A stretch of 64,000 bases of DNA. It comes from Lama guanicoe (taxonomy: Eukaryota). Below, piece after piece: positions 60,401 to 64,000 of this stretch. A program made the position numbers and the translations under genes. The DNA lies in contig MU057352.1 in NCBI GenBank assembly GCA_013239625.1, positions 23,452,764-23,516,763 on the forward strand, written 5' to 3'. The notes beneath the pieces were generated by a model. That model was not told where the DNA came from and did no database searches. It was given only the letters and a program-made list of their open reading frames with translations. How positions within the stretch are numbered: the stretch's first letter is position 1; each line of letters starts with the position of its first letter.

Positions 60401-63091
60401 TTTTAAGCATTTTAAAATAAGGTGATGTCCTTAGGCCATGCTTTTTTTTCCCCTGACTCTCTGCCTTTTGGAGATTAGGATTCCAGTGCCTTACTTTACT
60501 GTGACTAGTTCTGGCCAGTGGTAGAGAAAGCCAGTTTCTGGCCCTTCCATGAAAAGCCCTCTCTCTCCTGCCCTAGTGCTCAGCAGCGCCCCGGGCGGGG
60601 GCTGCCCTCTCCGCCTGGCCTGGGTGGTGCTGGCACGGGTGGCTATCTCTGGTTGACTGTGACGGACATGTCACCTGAATGAGCGTTGAACCTTCACCAT
60701 TTTAAGCGCCTGATATTTGGGGATGCTCATTAGTGCACCAAACTATCGCTGCCCCTGACCGGTAGAATCCACAAGGCAGATTTGACCTGTCACCCTGGAT
60801 TATTAGGGGCTGCCAGCAGCCCCAAGTGGCAACAGATTCTTGAGGTCCCAACTGGGGTCCAATGGAGAGCGTGCTGCGATGGGTTGGTGATGTCAGCCAT
60901 GCTGGCAGAAGGGACGTGGAAGCTCCGGGACCACGTGCCTCCCTCCCTGCTGTGGCGCTGGAGGACATTCCCAACTGGGTTTTTCCTCTAGTCCTCCCTG
61001 AGGGCTGGCCCCAGACCCCTCTCCCCGGGGACCTGGCTCTCATCGACTGCCTGGCTCTCAGCGGTTCTCACCCTCTCTTGCCCTGCGCTGGGTCCTCTGC
61101 CTGACTTTTAGGTCCTCAAAATTCTGTCTCTCACACACCATCCCAGGACTCCCAGAGGTTTTCTTTCCCTTCCAGCCTCCAGGGGCTCCTTGCCGACCAC
61201 TGGCATGCAGTCCCCGCTCCCCAGCCCAGCCATCTCCCCCTGGTTGCTCCCGCCCCTCCCACACTCCCCTCCCTCATGGCCGGCCTTCACATCCGGGTTC
61301 TCAGAGGACTTCCCTTGGCAGCCCACTGTGACCTGCTCTCCCGCACCTGGACCATACGGTGCCCACACGCCATCCATCTTCCCCTGTCTTCTTTTGTTAT
61401 CTTTCACTCCGTTCCTCCACGGTTATCTCGCATTCCTCATGTCAAAGCCTTGACTCCCTACCTAGGTTCGACACTCAAAGAATGGCCTTGGTGTTGCAAT
61501 TCCTCATCACAGTGTCTTGGTGATAGCAGGCACTTGAGAAATGAGGTTTTAACATGTTGGTTGGATGGGTGGTGCAGGGCTAGGGAGCGGAAGGGGAAAG
61601 CCGGAGCAAAGTCATCCGAGGATCTCTCCCTCTCTTCACTGTCCAGTCCTTCCTACGTCTCCCATCTCCCACACCAGCCTTGCCTTCCGTGGCCGGCCCA
61701 GTCCAAGTGTTTCTGTCCGTTCCCCGAAATGCTAAGCTTTGAATCAGAGGGTCACCACTGAGGCAGCCCTGCTCAAGCCATCACTGTTACGGACCCTGGG
61801 ACCAGAAAAGCACAGGACGTCTGGGTGGACTGAGAACAGGCAGCCAACCAGCTCCTGGAGGCGGGGGCCGCTTCCTCAGGGACACTGATGTTAAGCTGAG
61901 CTGGGAGGGAAGCTGGAAGTCAGCCTAAAAGAGGGCAGAGCAGTGCTCAGAGGACGCCCCAATCTGCACAGGAGTCTGAGGGCTGCAAGGATGAGTCAGG
62001 GGTGAGCAGGAGACACCAGGGAGGCTAAAAAAATTTCTAAGGAATACCCGGAACCCCAGAGCCATCATCTACCATCAGCTGTCATCTGATTTTTACCCTC
62101 TCTGTCCCTCAGACGTGTGCAGACGTTTTATGTTTTGTGGAGACACATCCTCAGCAGACGCAGGACTTTTAAATTGCAGTTTTTCTTGCAAACATTCCCA
62201 TTGTTATTCCTCTGTGTTTCCTTCTTCCCTGGGAAGCCTTAGGCTGCCGCTCCTCCTGCCCCGACCCCAACTTTCCGGGGATCCCATCTGCCCACTGCGC
62301 TCTTCAGGACTGCCTCTGTGAAACCATCTCTTTATATGCAGAAAATACTTTTACAAAGTTTCAGTCTCATGAACAGACAGATCTCATAAGAAGAGAAGAG
62401 GGTCTGTGTACTCAGGGAGAAGTCCACGTTCCCCGGAAATCAAGGAATCTCACTGTGACGGTGGCGACCCACTCCCTAGTTTAGTTTTGTTTAACTAGAA
62501 AGTTAAAACAAAAGGTTTGGGAACTTATCCTAAGAATGTGTGGGGAGCCTGGCACACACCGCTGCTGCTAGTGGCAGCATAGATTGTTCTTTTGGGAAAG
62601 CTCTTTGTCAGGAGTTATTAAAGCATCACTTTGACCTCGTGTCCCTTATTTGGGGAATGTATTTCAAAGACATGTTCCAGGAGGAGAGAAGGCGGTGGTG
62701 TGCAGGCAGGGGTTTTTTAGAGCCGGGCATATTTAGGGACAAAATTAGAAACAAAATAGTGCTCAGGGACACATGGTACCTCTGAATCTTTCCCGGAGAT
62801 TTGAGAGAATCATGGTGGAGAAGAGGAGGCCACCTTCAGGACAGCAGTGACAATCTGCAATGTGACAGTCGCACACAGCAGTGCGTCCTTCCCGGGATGA
62901 CAAGAAGTGATAGAGAAAGAGGTCAGGTCCTCACTGGAAAGATGAAGATTTTGCCTACTTGGGGTAATAGGAGCATGACAGGTTTCTCTTCTTTTCTCTT
63001 CTGTTTTCTCATCTCTCCTCTTTTTGGGAACCTGCCTCATCTGGTTAAAAGCTGATTCATTGCCACAGAAGAAAAGAAAAAGAAATATATG

Positions 63092-63562
63092 CAGGCCTAC
63101 CTGGGGGACACTGTGGGTTGGGTTCCAGTGGGTTCCACCACAATAATTTGGGTATTGCGATAAAGCGAGTCACAGGAATTTTTTGGTTTCCAAATCTGCA
63201 TATTAAAATTATGTTTATTCTGTAGTCTATTAAGTGTGCGGGTAGGAAGCACTGTGTCTAAAAAAAAGTATATGCCTTCATTAAAAAATACTTTATTGCC
63301 AAACAAAGCCAAAGCAACAGCAAGTAGCATCAAAGGTCACTGATCACAGATCACCGTAATATAAAAATATGGAACAAGTTTGAAATGTTGCAAGAATTAG
63401 CAAAATGTGGCACAGAGACATGAAGTAAGCGAATGCTGCTGGAAAAATGGTGCCAAGAGACTTGCCCCACGTAGCGTTGCCACAAACCTTCCGTTTGTAG
63501 AATACGTAATATCTGTGAAGCTGGATAAAGTGATCTCAATAGGATGAGGTGTGCCTTGCCTG
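63092..63562 (-). mobile_element. Tigger1 internal-deletion derivative (~470 bp) retaining both termini
   Basis: caggcctacct..., gataaagcgagtcaca, caaaggtcactgatcacagatcacc, ggaaaaatggtgccaa, gaggtgtgcc..gcctg followed by TA. Confidence 0.9.
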
Positions 63563-63819
63563 TATGTGGGTTTGGAGGGTCCATGTACTCCGGTGTCACA
63601 TAAGGGCAGCCTGAGATACCCATTGCTGTCTCGGGCGTGCGGTCAGGATAGCACAGTCAGGCCGGGGTAAGGAGTGAGCGCCACGCCAGGTGTGACGACC
63701 CTGGGTACCTCACCCAGCGAGCCGAGCTGATGCACCGGCAGCACAGGGCCTGGTTCAAGCCCGGATCCCGTGAAGGGCACGATCCCTCCTCCCACGTGTA
63801 TCCGACAGTTACACCATTG

Positions 63820-63975
63820 GGCATTTTGTCCTTGTGTCATGTCTCATTTAAACCACGTCATGAAGGTGTCGGATGGGTAATATGACAATCCCCATTTCAC
63901 AGATGGGAACACTGAGTCCTCAGTGGCCATCCAGGAAGGCTCTGCTGCATTCTGAATTCAGACTCTGCACCCATC
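63820..63975 (-). mobile_element. MIR SINE fragment
   Basis: tctcatttaa...atccccatttcacagatgggaacactgag. Confidence 0.7.
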
Positions 63976-64000
63976 TCCTTGGATGCTCGTGTGACAACTC

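Noticed and set aside
1-64000. CRISPR arrays, prokaryotic operons or defence systems, rRNA, snoRNA or miRNA, or a named host gene
   Set aside because: The sequence is mammalian with no regularly spaced repeats and no RNA gene I recognise; no coding exon is available to name the gene.

Overview
Mammalian genomic DNA, almost certainly camelid (alpaca or camel), judged from two tRNA-Ala-derived Vic-1-type SINEs and artiodactyl-type L1 3' ends. It is a GC-rich, repeat-dense 64 kb region with no recognisable protein-coding exon. The ORF-track ORFs look like chance ORFs, apart from decayed L2 ORF2 (~37.4-37.6 kb) and L1 ORF2 (~58.4-58.6 kb) remnants. The window is most likely a long intron, or an intergenic/lncRNA locus; L1 orientation and the best splice-site pairs weakly favour a + strand host that I cannot name. 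It holds about a dozen MaLR/ERVL solo LTRs (some with intact 5-bp TSDs), many MIR and L2 fragments, MER2, MER5, MER58 and Tigger1 DNA-transposon relics, several L1 3' ends and a 140-N assembly gap. The most interesting unique DNA lies at 8.8-12.3 kb: a dense STAT/ETS/RBPJ/RUNX motif cluster, an AT-rich repeat-free island containing an 80-nt exon with stops in all three frames, and a candidate alternative first exon. I found no evidence for a novel biological system. Repeat family names come from recalled consensus sequences, and boundaries are approximate unless a TSD is given.
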